A DNA stretch of 62,436 nt, counting the filler. It is 8 parts of 8 records of this genome, joined end to end, with 100 filler letters (N's around TTAATTAATTAA, not from the genome) between each part and the next. Parts side by side here need not be neighbours in the genome. Positions count along the whole stretch, not along the records: positions 1 to 11,546 come from SRR31156797_28977; 7 more parts are not named here. One strand, given 5' to 3'. The translations under genes were made by a program, and so were the position numbers. The stretch's first letter is position 1. Each line of letters starts with the position of its first letter. The notes under the pieces are model-generated. The model was not told the DNA's origin. It made no database searches and saw nothing but the letters and a program-made list of their open reading frames with translations. Shown piece by piece: positions 1-11,546 of the stretch.

Positions 1-212
1 CACCTGAGCGCTGGTATCTTTTTTCATGTTAAATACTTTATTTGCTTTCATGTACGATCCTCCTCGTTATATCCTACGATAGGGATATAACTATTATTAT
101 AGTAATGTATAATATATATACCATTTGGTTGGAAATGTCAAACAACAAACTAGTAACAAATTAACAATGAAAATATATAAATAAAAACAAACTAATGATA
201 TAAGCGAAAGAA

Positions 213-1019
213 ATGAATCCAGGGCTACTGTTAAATGGCACTATATGTTTTGCAATAACAATATCATCCCTTGCTTTTGCATGGGTACTTTCCCGGAACA
301 AGGAAAAGTATAATGAAAATAGCAGACCCGCTCTTTTGTCACTTATCCTATTCTGGGCAATTGTTGCTATGACATACCTTCCAACAACAATAAGGATGTT
401 TGCTGCATATGCCGGTAATCAGGAAATTGATGCAATTCTTTATTTCATCGCTGCTGTTCCATTTGCTTTTATTCCTGTACCACTTGTTTTCTTTATCATG
501 TATGTGATAACAGGAAGTAAAAAGATCGGAGAGTATACATCACTTGTTTTTACATTAATAGGGGCAGCATATCTTGCCTTTTTATACAATAGTGGAATTG
601 TCGGTCCTGTGGTAACTGAATGGGGATCCGTTTTCATGATTAACAGTGATGCTGCTATCAGCCTTTACTTAATGGGACTCTTTGTAATACCCACTTCAAT
701 GATACTTGGACTTTTATTACTCATCCTGCTGCAAAGAATACCAAAAAGGATACGCTATAGGACAGTACTCCCACTAGTTGCCATCTCTTTTGTTTTTGAC
801 TTCATGCTCACAGATACCATAGCAATTATGGATGTGATGCAAGTCTTTGCCAGATTATTTGTTCTCATAGGCACTGTACTTGCATACCTTGCATATTTCC
901 CACCGGCAACAGTACAAGAAAAACTGGGCATACAGGAACAAATGAACATTGTACACCCTGGTGAGTCAGTAGACACTAACATGGATTTCTTTTTGCAGGG
1001 AAGAAGCAAGAACTCTTAA
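213..1019 (+). CDS. Polytopic (~7 TM) membrane protein of unknown function
   Basis: 268-aa ORF of alternating hydrophobic helices with a short polar C-tail. Confidence 0.7.
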   Translation: MNPGLLLNGTICFAITISSLAFAWVLSRNKEKYNENSRPALLSLILFWAIVAMTYLPTTIRMFAAYAGNQEIDAILYFIAAVPFAFIPVPLVFFIMYVITGSKKIGEYTSLVFTLIGAAYLAFLYNSGIVGPVVTEWGSVFMINSDAAISLYLMGLFVIPTSMILGLLLLILLQRIPKRIRYRTVLPLVAISFVFDFMLTDTIAIMDVMQVFARLFVLIGTVLAYLAYFPPATVQEKLGIQEQMNIVHPGESVDTNMDFFLQGRSKNS

Positions 1020-1103
1020 TACTGACCTACTCAGTATGGTACAAGAGATTCTAGCAAGCATAAATCGTCCAGGAACCGATATTTTTAAGTACATTAACAT
1101 CTG

Positions 1104-1119
1104 TGTACAAGTTTGTACA
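1104..1119. promoter_or_regulatory. Tandem TRP boxes (TGTACA-N4-TGTACA), putative TrpY operator
   Basis: TGTACA at 1104-1109 and 1114-1119, downstream of TATA-like TTTTAAG (~1083-1089) and ~25 bp upstream of trpC. Confidence 0.7.
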
Positions 1120-1143
1120 TTACAGAACATACGTGGTTATTAC

Positions 1144-1932
1144 ATGCACTCCGTTATAAATAATATAGTCAATTCCACTGAAAAGAGAATCCTGCAAATA
1201 CCGGCAGGAAGCACTCTGGAAAGAGAGACTGAGAAAAGGGACATCGTGGCTGCTATTAAGACAAAGAGGTCCCAGAATAAAGTTGCCATCATCTCCGAGG
1301 TCAAACCAGCATCTCCAGGCAAGAAGTTAAGGGATATATCACCTGACGATGCTGCAATGATAGCAAGCGAAATGGAAAGGGCAGGTGCGATTGCAATATC
1401 AGTACTTACTGAGCCTGAGTTCTTCCATGGGTCTATAGATAACCTGAAAGCTGCAAGAAACAATGTTTCTATCCCCGTACTACGTAAGGATTTCATTATT
1501 GACAGACTGCAGTTCGAAGAAGCAGAAAGTGACCTTATCTTACTGATAGCAGGAATACTTGAATCAAACCTTGAGGAAATGGTAGAACTGGCCATATCAA
1601 AGGGATTCGAACCACTTGTCGAGGTACACAATAAAGAAGAACTGGAAAAAGCACTCTTGACAAAGACAAGACTAATAGGCATCAATAACAGGAACCTCAG
1701 CACTCTGGAGATAGACCTCGATACCACACTTAAACTTATACCAGGAATAAAACAGTTCGATCATGAAAATGGAACAGAACACGTTATAATAAGTGAAAGC
1801 GGTATGCATACCATAGATGATATCAGAAAGGTGATAGAAGCAGGTGCTGATGCTGTGCTTGTAGGCACCTCGATAATTAAAAGCGGAGAGATATACGCTA
1901 AGACGAAAGAACTGGTTGACGCGCTTGATTAA
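1144..1932 (+). CDS. trpC: Indole-3-glycerol-phosphate synthase
   Basis: [35 protein letters not shown] and SESG motifs; ATG at 1144 preferred over the ORF-track start at 1036. Confidence 0.95.
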   Translation: MHSVINNIVNSTEKRILQIPAGSTLERETEKRDIVAAIKTKRSQNKVAIISEVKPASPGKKLRDISPDDAAMIASEMERAGAIAISVLTEPEFFHGSIDNLKAARNNVSIPVLRKDFIIDRLQFEEAESDLILLIAGILESNLEEMVELAISKGFEPLVEVHNKEELEKALLTKTRLIGINNRNLSTLEIDLDTTLKLIPGIKQFDHENGTEHVIISESGMHTIDDIRKVIEAGADAVLVGTSIIKSGEIYAKTKELVDALD

Positions 1933-1961
1933 TTATAATAGTATGGAGATGGAGGAAGATT

Positions 1962-3176
1962 ATGAAAAAATCGATGTATGGTAAATTCGGAGGACAATTC
2001 GTTCCTGAAGTACTGATGCCTGCACTTACAGAGCTTGAAGAAGCATATGATAAGTATAAGGACGATCCGGAGTTCCTTGAGGAACTGGATTATTACATGA
2101 AGGAATTCGCAGGAAGAGAGACACCACTTTATTTTGCAAAGAACCTGAGCAAAAAGTATGGGATCAAAATATACCTTAAAAGAGAGGATCTTGTCCACGG
2201 TGGTGCCCATAAATTAAATAACACTCTGGGACAGGCGCTTCTGGCCAAATACATGGGAAAGGAACGCCTCATTGCTGAGACTGGTGCGGGACAGCATGGA
2301 ACTGCAACTGCCATGGCTGCTGCCAATATGGGATTCATTTCCGAGGTATATATGGGAGCAAAAGATGTGGAACGTCAGCACATGAACGTCTATAGAATGG
2401 AGCTCATGGGTTCGAAGGTCAACGCAGTTGAATCCGGTTCAAAAACCCTAAAGGATGCCATCAATGAAGCACTCAGGGACTGGGTCACCAATGTTGAGAA
2501 CACCCACTATTTGATAGGTTCTGTTGTAGGACCACACCCATATCCGATGATAGTACGTGACTTCCAGAGCGTGATCGGAATGGAGGTCAAGGAACAGATA
2601 ATGGAGAAGGAAGGAAAATATCCAGATTCGATTGTTGCCTGTGCAGGCGGTGGAAGTAATGCAATGGGTATATTCCATCCATTCATCGAGGACAAGGAAA
2701 TCAAGCTTTTCCCTGTGGAAGCAGGTGGCAAAGGGATGAAAACAACCGAAAAGGAAGCATTGCACTCATCCTCACTCTGTGCCGGCGAAGAAGGCATACT
2801 TCAGGGTGCACACACAATGATACTACAGGACAGGTACGGACAGATACTTGAATCAAGTTCTGTGTCTGCAGGTCTTGATTATTCAGGTGTGGGTCCGGAA
2901 CTGGCACATCTTGCAGACATTGGCAGGTTAACACCATGCAGTGTAAATGATGATGAGGCACTCGAAGCATTCTATGAACTAAGTCGCCTTGAAGGCATCA
3001 TTCCTGCACTGGAATCCTCACATGCTGTGGCATATGTCATGAAAATGGCAAAGACAGGAGAACTCGGAGACCTTGTTGTCATCAACCTTTCAGGAAGGGG
3101 AGACAAGGATCTGGAGGCAGTATTCAAATTGAAGGAAGAAGGAGAGGCAAAGGAAAGAAAGGAGGCCTGCCAGTGA
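1962..3176 (+). CDS. trpB: Tryptophan synthase beta chain
   Basis: [16 protein letters not shown] (PLP lysine), [18 protein letters not shown]. Confidence 0.98.
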   Translation: MKKSMYGKFGGQFVPEVLMPALTELEEAYDKYKDDPEFLEELDYYMKEFAGRETPLYFAKNLSKKYGIKIYLKREDLVHGGAHKLNNTLGQALLAKYMGKERLIAETGAGQHGTATAMAAANMGFISEVYMGAKDVERQHMNVYRMELMGSKVNAVESGSKTLKDAINEALRDWVTNVENTHYLIGSVVGPHPYPMIVRDFQSVIGMEVKEQIMEKEGKYPDSIVACAGGGSNAMGIFHPFIEDKEIKLFPVEAGGKGMKTTEKEALHSSSLCAGEEGILQGAHTMILQDRYGQILESSSVSAGLDYSGVGPELAHLADIGRLTPCSVNDDEALEAFYELSRLEGIIPALESSHAVAYVMKMAKTGELGDLVVINLSGRGDKDLEAVFKLKEEGEAKERKEACQ

Positions 3177-3952
3177 GAATTACAGATAAATTCACCGAGC
3201 TTGAAAAGAAGAATGAGAAGGCACTTATTGCTTATGTATGTGCAGGTGACCCTTCTGCAGAAGCTACCAAAGACATAGTCAAATCACTTGTAAAAGGTGG
3301 AGCTGACATAGTAGAACTGGGACTTCCATTCTCAGACCCTGTTGCAGACGGGCCCACCATAGAGGCTGCATCCACCAGAGCACTTGAAGCAGGCATGACT
3401 CCGGATATCTATTTTGAGATGGCTACATCTATCAGCAAAAATACAGATATTCCTCTGGTCTGCATGACATACTACAATCTCATATTCAAGAGAGGTACAG
3501 AGAAGTTTGCAAAGGACTGTGCAGCAGCAGGAATTACAGGAGTCATCGTCCCCGACCTTCCGTCAGAGGAATCGGATGAACTGTATGATGCCTGCCAGAA
3601 GAATGATGTTGACCTTATATTCCTCATTACTCCTGTTACAACAGATGAAAGAATGAAGAACAATCTTGCCAGGACATCCGGTTTTGTTTACATTGTATCA
3701 AGGCTTGGTGTTACAGGAGAAAGAGTTGATGTGGCCGATTCCACAAAGAAGATACTTGCCCGTATCCATACCGATGTTCCAAAGGCTGTTGGTTTTGGAA
3801 TATCCAATGGCAAGCAGGCTGCAGAGGTCATCAAAGCAGGAGCGGATGCAGTTATAGTCGGATCTGCATTTGTAAGCATCATTGCTTCAGGCGATAATGT
3901 CAATGAAAGAGTTAAAAAACTTGCATCTGAACTTAAAGAAAGCTGCAAGTAA
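3173..3952 (+). CDS. trpA: Tryptophan synthase alpha chain
   Basis: [29 protein letters not shown]; start overlaps the trpB stop. Confidence 0.97.
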   Translation: MRITDKFTELEKKNEKALIAYVCAGDPSAEATKDIVKSLVKGGADIVELGLPFSDPVADGPTIEAASTRALEAGMTPDIYFEMATSISKNTDIPLVCMTYYNLIFKRGTEKFAKDCAAAGITGVIVPDLPSEESDELYDACQKNDVDLIFLITPVTTDERMKNNLARTSGFVYIVSRLGVTGERVDVADSTKKILARIHTDVPKAVGFGISNGKQAAEVIKAGADAVIVGSAFVSIIASGDNVNERVKKLASELKESCK

Positions 3953-4006
3953 GAGAACTCAGACAGACAAAATATCAAAATAAAATTAAAAAAGAAAGGA
4001 GTGGGG

Positions 4007-5134
4007 TTATTCCGCAAATAACTGGTCCACAAACCATTGTGGATTAAACTTTTGCAGATCATCATAGCCCTGCCCCATTCCAAGGAACAATATTGGCTTT
4101 CCTGTTATATAGGCAATTGATATTGCTGCACCACCCTTTGAATCAGCATCTGTTTTTGTAAGGATTGAACCGTTGATCGCTACAGCATCATTGAATTGAG
4201 CTGCCCTTTCAACTGCATCGTTACCTGCAACTGCTTCATCAACAAAGATTATAAGGTCTGGTGGAGCTACACGACATACTTTCTTCAATTGTTCCATAAG
4301 GTTAACATTGGTATGCATCCTTCCGGCAGTGTCTGAAAGTACTACGTCGGCATTATTTGCTTTTGCATGTTGTATGGCATCATAGATAACAGCAGCAGGA
4401 TCACCCTGTTCCTGATGTTTGATAATCTTTACACCAACCTTATCAGCATGTATGGCAAGCTGGTCTATTGCACCTGCCCTGAATGTGTCACCGGCAGCTA
4501 CTACCACGGACATGCCCTGATCCTTGAAACGCTTGGAGAGCTTGGCAATGGAAGTTGTCTTGCCCGTACCATTGATGCCGATGAAAACGATATGCACCGG
4601 TTTGTTTGCGTCTTTAACATATTCATCAAGATCGAATACGTTTGCACTCATCACATCGTAGATAGCTTTTTTGAGAGCATCTTCTACAATATCACCGGTG
4701 TTACTTCCGATACGACGCCTTGTACCTACAAGCTGGTTTTTGACAGATCCAACAATTGCTTCTGAGACAGAAAGCGCTATGTCATTCTCAAGAAGGGCCA
4801 TTTCAAGTTCCCAAAGAGGATCTTCAAGATCATCTTCTTCAAGAATAAACTCTCTTTCAAAAACGAGAGCTTTTGCTTTCTGAGTAAAACCAAATTTCTT
4901 GTTTTTTGATGTCTCTTTCTGAACAGGTGTCTCTTCGATAACCGGTTCAGATAAAGAAGTTGAATCTTTCACCATTTCCTGTACAGGAATATCCTGAACG
5001 GATGCTGATGATTGCAATTCTTCCTGAGGAGCGTCAATGATCTCTTCCGGTTCTATAGCAACCGCTTTTTCATCGATCTTGCTGCCTATTTTTTCTTTGA
5101 GGCCAGTTAATTTTGCCTTAAACTTATTGAACAC
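4007..5134 (-). CDS. ftsY: Signal recognition particle receptor FtsY
   Basis: GINGTGKTT, DTFRAGA, DTAGR and TKTDADSKGG SRP-GTPase motifs; acidic N-terminal region. Confidence 0.97.
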   Translation of the reverse strand: MFNKFKAKLTGLKEKIGSKIDEKAVAIEPEEIIDAPQEELQSSASVQDIPVQEMVKDSTSLSEPVIEETPVQKETSKNKKFGFTQKAKALVFEREFILEEDDLEDPLWELEMALLENDIALSVSEAIVGSVKNQLVGTRRRIGSNTGDIVEDALKKAIYDVMSANVFDLDEYVKDANKPVHIVFIGINGTGKTTSIAKLSKRFKDQGMSVVVAAGDTFRAGAIDQLAIHADKVGVKIIKHQEQGDPAAVIYDAIQHAKANNADVVLSDTAGRMHTNVNLMEQLKKVCRVAPPDLIIFVDEAVAGNDAVERAAQFNDAVAINGSILTKTDADSKGGAAISIAYITGKPILFLGMGQGYDDLQKFNPQWFVDQLFAE

Positions 5135-5191
5135 TTAATACAACCCGCAGATTTGTTGAAAATATGTATATTAAAAAATAGAAAAAGAGGT

Positions 5192-5632
5192 TCACTGGGA
5201 ACCTGGCATTCCCTGCATCTGCTGTTGCTGCTGAGCAAGGAATGATTCGATTGCCTGTATTTGCTGGCTAATCTGAATAAGGGAGTTATTCATGTTATCA
5301 AGAGCTGTAGTAAGCCTCTCCCTGCGGCGCTGCAAAATTTCTTTTGCGTCCGCAATTGGCCTTTCAACACTTATCCCTGCTCCCACATCAACAGTAATTT
5401 TGTCGACGTGGCTTACATTAGCATATACAAATGAACCGGAACCAATCGGAAACATCATTTCAGAACCCTCTGAAACATCGTTGAGTTCTTCAATGGTAGT
5501 TAAAGCACGATTTGAATCTTCTATTGAGATTTGCACCATGCTAATCTGTTGCTGCACCATTTCTGCGCGTTTCTGGAACTCACGGTGCTGGTTCACAAGC
5601 ACTCTTGGATCCTGTCCATTCATATCAGTCAT
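5192..5632 (-). CDS. pfdA: Prefoldin subunit alpha
   Basis: Coiled coils flanking PIGSGSFV...VDVGAGISVE; conserved archaeal gene order. Confidence 0.93.
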   Translation of the reverse strand: MTDMNGQDPRVLVNQHREFQKRAEMVQQQISMVQISIEDSNRALTTIEELNDVSEGSEMMFPIGSGSFVYANVSHVDKITVDVGAGISVERPIADAKEILQRRRERLTTALDNMNNSLIQISQQIQAIESFLAQQQQQMQGMPGSQ

Positions 5633-5635
5633 GGA

Positions 5636-5812
5636 TTATGCCTCTACAATGCTTTCGATTTTAATTAAGTTCCTTTTGAGACCATGTTTACTGCCAAAAA
5701 GTGAGTACACTTTATCGAGTGCATTCTTCTCATTCTGGCTTTCAATGACCTTTGTGAACTTTTCCCATGCTACTCCGGCCTTGAATGTGCCTTTGACCTG
5801 AAATGTCTTCAT
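5636..5812 (-). CDS. rpl18a: 50S ribosomal protein L18Ae/LX
   Basis: [34 protein letters not shown]; lies between aIF-6 and pfdA. Confidence 0.92.
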   Translation of the reverse strand: MKTFQVKGTFKAGVAWEKFTKVIESQNEKNALDKVYSLFGSKHGLKRNLIKIESIVEA

Positions 5813-5836
5813 TTGAATCACCTTTGATTAATATAT

Positions 5837-6493
5837 TTATAGTATCAGATCCAGTGCGTCTTCTATTCTTCCAAGTTCATGACCTGTTGTCTTTGAACCT
5901 GCAACGTAACCTTTGGAATTGGCCAACAGACCTGAACCTACCATCTGTGTACCATAGTTCGTTGTACCTATGTCCACAGGAAGATCGAACAGTGCCTCAA
6001 GAGCCTCAAGCTCTGATGCTGTTGCCCTTGGGTTTACAAGCAGACCTTTGTTGGTTGCAACACCTGCCATTCCAACAGTCTTGGCACCTCCAATAGTACC
6101 ACGCATGACATCGACCTCTAGGGCCTTTTCGATAACTTCGATGAATTTGTCACTGAGGTCCGGATGTACCATGGCAGCTGAATCATTCGTAAGGATGACG
6201 TTTCCCATGGCATTCATTTTACCGGGAACTTCTACAACAGGAATGTCAATATTATCCTGTCCCTTTACAATAGAATCTCTTGAAACAAGCAATGCATTAG
6301 AATTACCACGGCAAAGTGAACCCACTATAGTACTTCCATTGACGAGAATTTCCACTACATTGACCTGTAAGGATTCTTCAATAGCGCTGCTGATCTTATC
6401 CGAAGTGCCCAGCGGTACAAGTGCTAAGTCTTCAGTGCACGTTGCGAAAGCCCCAATTATGGGGCTATCCTGAATATTGATAGTTCGTATCAT
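5837..6493 (-). CDS. eif6: Translation initiation factor aIF-6
   Basis: [37 protein letters not shown]. Confidence 0.95.
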   Translation of the reverse strand: MIRTINIQDSPIIGAFATCTEDLALVPLGTSDKISSAIEESLQVNVVEILVNGSTIVGSLCRGNSNALLVSRDSIVKGQDNIDIPVVEVPGKMNAMGNVILTNDSAAMVHPDLSDKFIEVIEKALEVDVMRGTIGGAKTVGMAGVATNKGLLVNPRATASELEALEALFDLPVDIGTTNYGTQMVGSGLLANSKGYVAGSKTTGHELGRIEDALDLIL

Positions 6494-6529
6494 TAGTTTA
6501 CGATCTACAGACTGGATTTGACTAGGAAC

Positions 6530-6796
6530 TTATGCAAGTTCTGCCTGAACCTCGCCATCCTCGAACTTTGCAGCCCTTATACGGATGGATAAAGGTGGCT
6601 TCTCAGCACCGCGTTCCCATACCTTCTCATTGATCGTCTTGTCTATCTTGATCATATCAGGCTCAACCTTCATGTGTTTTGTAAGGTAGTTCCTGATAAC
6701 TTTTAAAGCCTGTTTTGACCTCTTCCAGGTAGGAGCTTCCTTTACTTCACGGAGAGGAATTGTGTAGATCTGCTCTTTTACTGCATCTTCTTCCAT
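6530..6796 (-). CDS. rpl31e: 50S ribosomal protein L31e
   Basis: [28 protein letters not shown]. Confidence 0.95.
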   Translation of the reverse strand: MEEDAVKEQIYTIPLREVKEAPTWKRSKQALKVIRNYLTKHMKVEPDMIKIDKTINEKVWERGAEKPPLSIRIRAAKFEDGEVQAELA

Positions 6797-6809
6797 TCTA
6801 ATCACCCAC

Positions 6810-6965
6810 TTATTTCACATCGAGACTGCTTCTTCTCCAGTGTCTTCTCTTTGGATGGCTTGTAACCTTGCGGTTTGTCTTGATGATCACCCAGGTAGGA
6901 ACCCTGTGGTTCTGCCTGTGTGCCTTAGCCAGCCTTGTTTTCTGTCCTTTAGTATTGTGGCTCAC
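6810..6965 (-). CDS. rpl39e: 50S ribosomal protein L39e (51 aa, absent from the ORF track)
   Basis: Manual translation from [54 protein letters not shown]. Confidence 0.95.
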   Translation of the reverse strand: MSHNTKGQKTRLAKAHRQNHRVPTWVIIKTNRKVTSHPKRRHWRRSSLDVK

Positions 6966-7061
6966 TTATCTCACCTTATGCTATGATTGATATTATTGAT
7001 TGAATTTTGAACTTTAAACATAATTATTGTATAGATCTTTAATCATGTCTTTTTGTTCAGT

Positions 7062-7670
7062 TTAGTTATGTCCTTTCTTCCTGCGTTCAATAACCTGTGA
7101 CTGTACATGTACAGGAAATATCTCCTTGACCTTTTCCGGACCGTTGCGCCTGATTATCAGTTCCCTGAGTTCAGTTTCATAATCTGCCTTAAGTACATTC
7201 TCACTTAAGCCTTCCTCGATAAGCAGATGCTCCTTTACAAGTTCATTTACAGCAGCACGACCAAAGCCTTTCAGGGGACACAGATAATGTACCCCGAAGC
7301 GATCTTCAATGCTTCTTATTGATGATTGCTCCAATAAAGGAACCCTGTCATCACGGCGAATTCCGTCTGCAATGAACTCTGTATTCTCATCCGCAGCAAG
7401 GTGCTCAATAACACTTTTATGAATGTAGTTTATGGCATTTTTTGGGAAACCATCCTGCATTATCATCTCATATGCCTTTTCAAGGATTGCTGTGTCAGGG
7501 CTGATGATCCTGTGTGGAAAACCAAGCCTTTTTGCAGTTTCAGAAGCTACATCCTCAATAGGGAGCAACGAAAAACTGCATGTCACAAGTTCAACCTCAA
7601 AAAATGGCTCCAGCAATATCGCAGAAAGCGAACTATCTTTTCCACCGCTGAATAAGACTGATACCTGCAT
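7062..7670 (-). CDS. PP-loop (adenine nucleotide alpha hydrolase) family protein
   Basis: LFSGGKDSSL PP-loop, DGIRRDD, DYETELR; usual neighbour of L39e. Confidence 0.85.
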   Translation of the reverse strand: MQVSVLFSGGKDSSLSAILLEPFFEVELVTCSFSLLPIEDVASETAKRLGFPHRIISPDTAILEKAYEMIMQDGFPKNAINYIHKSVIEHLAADENTEFIADGIRRDDRVPLLEQSSIRSIEDRFGVHYLCPLKGFGRAAVNELVKEHLLIEEGLSENVLKADYETELRELIIRRNGPEKVKEIFPVHVQSQVIERRKKGHN

Positions 7671-7679
7671 GAAAGGTGT

Positions 7680-8054
7680 TCACCTGCGCTTTATAGTAGG
7701 TTCCCTCTTCTTTGGTTGCATCTGAAGCAGAAGCTGCTTGAGTTTCTCATCGTCAATCTTTGTCTGTAATCTGCCACTTTGTGCCAGCATGATTAACTGA
7801 GATTCGAGCTGCTCTACAAGTTCCTTACGGGACATGCGCAGAGTTGTCAGCCTTTCACGAGCTTCCGGAGTCAGGATCTGACGCATCAGAGCCTGCTTCT
7901 TTGCTTCCATCTCGGCCTGTGCCTGCTCCTGTTGCATTGCTGCCTGCATGTCGGCACCCCCCATCTGCTGCGGGGTTGCCTGCTGCTGTTGCTGCTGCAT
8001 TTGAGCAAGCCTTCTTCTTCTTATTTCTTCAAGGTCATCCGTCATGAAAGTCAC
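7680..8054 (-). CDS. DNA-binding protein, PDCD5/TFAR19 family
   Basis: LEEIRRRRLAQ, ILTPEARERL, LIMLAQSGRL..KIDDEKLKQLL. Confidence 0.92.
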   Translation of the reverse strand: MTFMTDDLEEIRRRRLAQMQQQQQQATPQQMGGADMQAAMQQEQAQAEMEAKKQALMRQILTPEARERLTTLRMSRKELVEQLESQLIMLAQSGRLQTKIDDEKLKQLLLQMQPKKREPTIKRR

Positions 8055-8114
8055 CTATGCTTTACAGAATGTAAGCATTAATTCCTTATAGGAGTTATCG
8101 GCAGGAATTTGCAT

Positions 8115-8564
8115 TCAGTACTTTGCAAGACCTGGGATAGTTTCCACAAGATCCTGTTTTACCTGATATGCAACATTGTCAAGCAGGGACTGTCCCTGTG
8201 GGGACACTACACGACCACTTTTAAGGGCGCGTACAAGACCTGCTTCCTCAAGCTGCTGAAGAGCTGTCCTTGCAATGGCACCGCTTCCCTTTGCTTTTAC
8301 ACAAGGAGCGGCTCCTCTATTCTTCTTTCCGCCATAGACAGATCTAAGCCTCTCAACACCGATTGGACCCTGTGTGTATACTGTTCTCAGTACTGCTGCA
8401 CATCTAGTATACCACCATTCACCGTCGATTGGCGGAAGCTGTTTGTGCACACCGGTCTTTACGTATGCTGCCCACTCAGGGGGAGTAACTTTATCATTTT
8501 CTTTCAACTTTTCTGCTGCCTTTGCTATTAATTCGGCTGCAGGAACGTCATATACAGTTGTCAT
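8115..8564 (-). CDS. rps19e: 30S ribosomal protein S19e
   Basis: [34 protein letters not shown]. Confidence 0.97.
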   Translation of the reverse strand: MTTVYDVPAAELIAKAAEKLKENDKVTPPEWAAYVKTGVHKQLPPIDGEWWYTRCAAVLRTVYTQGPIGVERLRSVYGGKKNRGAAPCVKAKGSGAIARTALQQLEEAGLVRALKSGRVVSPQGQSLLDNVAYQVKQDLVETIPGLAKY

Positions 8565-8714
8565 TAATATTCTCCTGAATTATAAATATCTGTTAAGATA
8601 CCCACCATCTGCAGGACTCAATTGCATCTGGTGATTAGTTCAGCTGGATTGTGATGTTTAAACTATTGAGTAGTATATACGTGTTTCGGCAGTTTTTGTT
8701 TATCTACCGTGTTA

Positions 8715-9992
8715 TCAATCCAATTTCCTGAAGGTTTGCGCCCTTGCAGGTCCAACTGATATATACTCAACAGGTACGCCCATCTTTTCTTCAAGGTAAG
8801 AAATGTAGTCTTTTGCTGCCTGTGGAAGATCTTCAAACTCCTTAACACCGGTAAGGTCGTCATTCCATCCCTGAAGATCTTCATAAACAGGCTTGCATTT
8901 TGCAAGTTCAGAAGTATCCTCTGGTGGATAATCCATCACCTTGCCATCCAGTTCGTATGCAACACATACTTTTACAGTGTCAAGGTTGGAAAGGACATCA
9001 ATTTTTGTTAGTGCGATTGATGTGTAGCCATTAAGATAGATTGCTTTCTTAAGCAAAGGAAGGTCAAACCATCCACATCTTCTGGATCTGCCTGTGGTCG
9101 TACCGACCTCACCACCAACTTCCTGGATCTGTTTGCCGATGTCATCGAAAAGCTCAGTAGGAAGCGGTCCCTCCCCAACACGAGTGATATAAGCCTTAAC
9201 AATAGCCAGAACATTATCTACCCTTGTGGGGCCAACACCGATATTCGCACAGGCAGAGCCTGCAATTGTACAGGATGATGTTACAAATTTCTGTGTGCCG
9301 TGTATTACATCAAGATGCGTTCCCTGTGCACCCTCTGCAAGAACATTTTTCCCGTCATCAAGGGCTTTGTTTACTTCATAAGACACATCCGTGACATAGG
9401 ATGCAAAGCGTTCTCCAAGTTTCACATACTTGTTTATAAGTGCCTCATCCATTACTATAGAAGGATCCCCGCCAAGTTCTTTTATAGCTGCCTGCTTTGA
9501 AGATGCAAGGTCTTCAAGTCTTTTCAGAAACTTTTCTTTATCCACAAGATCTGCCATGCGTATTTCATCCCTGGCCACCTTGTCAATATACGCAAACCCG
9601 ATGCCACGTTTGGTTGTACCGATCTTCTCAGTCCTCATGGCCTCCCTAAGGCCATCCAGTTCAATATGATATGGCATTATAATACTGGCTTTTCCATCAA
9701 CACCAACCCTGCTGGCATCAAGCTCAATGCCACCTTCAGCAAGCATGTCGATCTCTTCTGCCAGTACTTCAGGATTTACAACGGTACCCGGACCTATCAG
9801 TACCCTTGAATCAAGAAGAAAACCTGATGGTATAAGGTGAAGTTTGTATACATCCTCACCTACCTTTACGGTGTGTCCTGCATTATTGCCGCCCTGGAAA
9901 CGAACGACCAGATCATATTCGCCGGACATGAGGTCAACTATCTTACCTTTGCCTTCGTCGCCAAACTGCGCACCTGTGATTATTGTGAACAT
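8715..9992 (-). CDS. purA: Adenylosuccinate synthetase
   Basis: GAQFGDEGKGK, RFQGGNNAGHT, GTTTGRSRRCGWFD. Confidence 0.98.
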   Translation of the reverse strand: MFTIITGAQFGDEGKGKIVDLMSGEYDLVVRFQGGNNAGHTVKVGEDVYKLHLIPSGFLLDSRVLIGPGTVVNPEVLAEEIDMLAEGGIELDASRVGVDGKASIIMPYHIELDGLREAMRTEKIGTTKRGIGFAYIDKVARDEIRMADLVDKEKFLKRLEDLASSKQAAIKELGGDPSIVMDEALINKYVKLGERFASYVTDVSYEVNKALDDGKNVLAEGAQGTHLDVIHGTQKFVTSSCTIAGSACANIGVGPTRVDNVLAIVKAYITRVGEGPLPTELFDDIGKQIQEVGGEVGTTTGRSRRCGWFDLPLLKKAIYLNGYTSIALTKIDVLSNLDTVKVCVAYELDGKVMDYPPEDTSELAKCKPVYEDLQGWNDDLTGVKEFEDLPQAAKDYISYLEEKMGVPVEYISVGPARAQTFRKLD

Positions 9993-10034
9993 GGGTGCAG
10001 GATTATCCTGTTGGCTTAATAAAGTTTTGATTGC

Positions 10035-10394
10035 TTAGAGGTCTTCTTCAAACGCCAGCATACGGGCACCTTCATCAAAAAATCCTGAAGAATCTGCCCT
10101 TCGGCATCTGAGTGCTTTGGTCACACCCATGTCAACGAGGGTGTCTATAAGTTTTTCAGCAACAGTAATACTTACATTGAATTCGGACTGAAGCATATAG
10201 ATGGCATCCGCCCTTCTTATTGAATAGAAACAGGAACGTGACTTTTTATCCGAGTCACATCCGGCATAACCATCACATTTCAGTACACGTGAACTGTTTT
10301 TGAAATGAATGGAAAGCCCCTGCCATGAATGTACGTTGTGCATTCCTTTGATGCCGTATATATTTGCTTTAGTTCTCTCTTTTGGTCTGATCAC
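10035..10394 (-). CDS. Hypothetical protein
   Basis: 119-aa ORF co-oriented with purA; no motif recognised. Confidence 0.5.
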   Translation of the reverse strand: MIRPKERTKANIYGIKGMHNVHSWQGLSIHFKNSSRVLKCDGYAGCDSDKKSRSCFYSIRRADAIYMLQSEFNVSITVAEKLIDTLVDMGVTKALRCRRADSSGFFDEGARMLAFEEDL

Positions 10395-10792
10395 GATACT
10401 AAAATATGTAGTATAATTATAATTAGTTTTTGTTATTAAATGGGTAGTGTTGCGTGTAACAGAAAAAAAAGCAGACTGATAACCATATGTGAAGGTTCGC
10501 AGCGTCAGGATCTGGAAGAATTAGTAGCCGAACTGGCAAATAACATAATAAAGTTGACTCAGATACCGAAAAAAGAACTCTGATTGGAAAGGGCGCTCGA
10601 AAGCACGTGGAAAAGAGTATTCCCGGAAAAAGATTCCAACTAAGCTTGAAAATGAATATAGGCGATTGCTTCTTAACAAATAAAGAAATAAACTATTGCT
10701 CATTGAACATTATAAATGAACATCATAAATAAACTTTGATCTAAATAAAAATAAAGATGATGAGAACAGGAAGTGCACTTGAGTCCTTTGTT

Positions 10793-11545
10793 CTACTTAA
10801 ACTTATTTTTTCTGTAACCTATGAAAATTGCACCGATACAGATTGCACCTATAATTAGACCTGCAGCACTCAGAGTGGATATTTTTTCATTATCAGTGGC
10901 CTGATCTGTCATTACATACCCTTCCTGATAATCAGAATCAACAGAACTTTCAAGGCTTTCGGAAGAATCCGAAAATTTACTTTCAGCATCCTCGCCTTCG
11001 GCATCTTCCCCAACACCTGTATCTTCATCATTATCAATCAGGGTATCAGCCGGAACTATCTTGTACTCTGTCCCAGTATGACTGCTACTCTTTTTTTTAC
11101 TTGAAGAAGAGGAAGAAGAACTATCTCCTGAAGAGTCACCTGATGAACTTGTTCCAAAAGGAATCGTACCACTTTGACCACCAACGTTGTATGAGAAATC
11201 ACCTTCCGGCACATTATTAGCAGTGTAGCTATATGAAAAATCCCCATTTTCATCAGCATTTAGAGAACCCTTAGCACCAAATGATAGAGAGACCTCGTCT
11301 AAAGAAGAAGCCCCGGCTATTGTGACATCATAAGTTCCACTTGAGATCTTTCCGGTTCCAAATGAAGCGACATCTCCATTGTAAGTTATGAAACTATCCG
11401 AAACTGGCACCGGTATCCCAAAAAGTTTAAGAGAGAGATCAAGGTCATCAACTCCTTCTGCTCTTAAGCTGAAAGATGAAGATCCCGGAATGTCAGGAAT
11501 AGTAACCTTACCCATATCATACTCGAACTTACCATCTGAAACGGC
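10793..11545 (-). CDS. Archaeal cell-surface protein, C-terminal part (5' truncated)
   Basis: Frame open to the contig edge; beta-rich region, Ser-rich linker, acidic region, C-terminal TM helix followed by RKNKFK. Confidence 0.75.
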   Translation of the reverse strand, partial: AVSDGKFEYDMGKVTIPDIPGSSSFSLRAEGVDDLDLSLKLFGIPVPVSDSFITYNGDVASFGTGKISSGTYDVTIAGASSLDEVSLSFGAKGSLNADENGDFSYSYTANNVPEGDFSYNVGGQSGTIPFGTSSSGDSSGDSSSSSSSSKKKSSSHTGTEYKIVPADTLIDNDEDTGVGEDAEGEDAESKFSDSSESLESSVDSDYQEGYVMTDQATDNEKISTLSAAGLIIGAICIGAIFIGYRKNKFK

Positions 11546-11546
11546 C

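Noticed and set aside
1036..1143. N-terminal extension of TrpC in the ORF track
   Set aside because: The region contains the TATA-like element and TRP boxes; ATG 1144 is the likelier start
5192..8054. Poly-Gln tracts in prefoldin alpha and the PDCD5-like protein
   Set aside because: Short low-complexity linkers in housekeeping proteins with no sign of a special role
1..11546. Pyrrolysine (UAG) read-through in the methanogen contig
   Set aside because: The recognised genes are full length without internal amber codons
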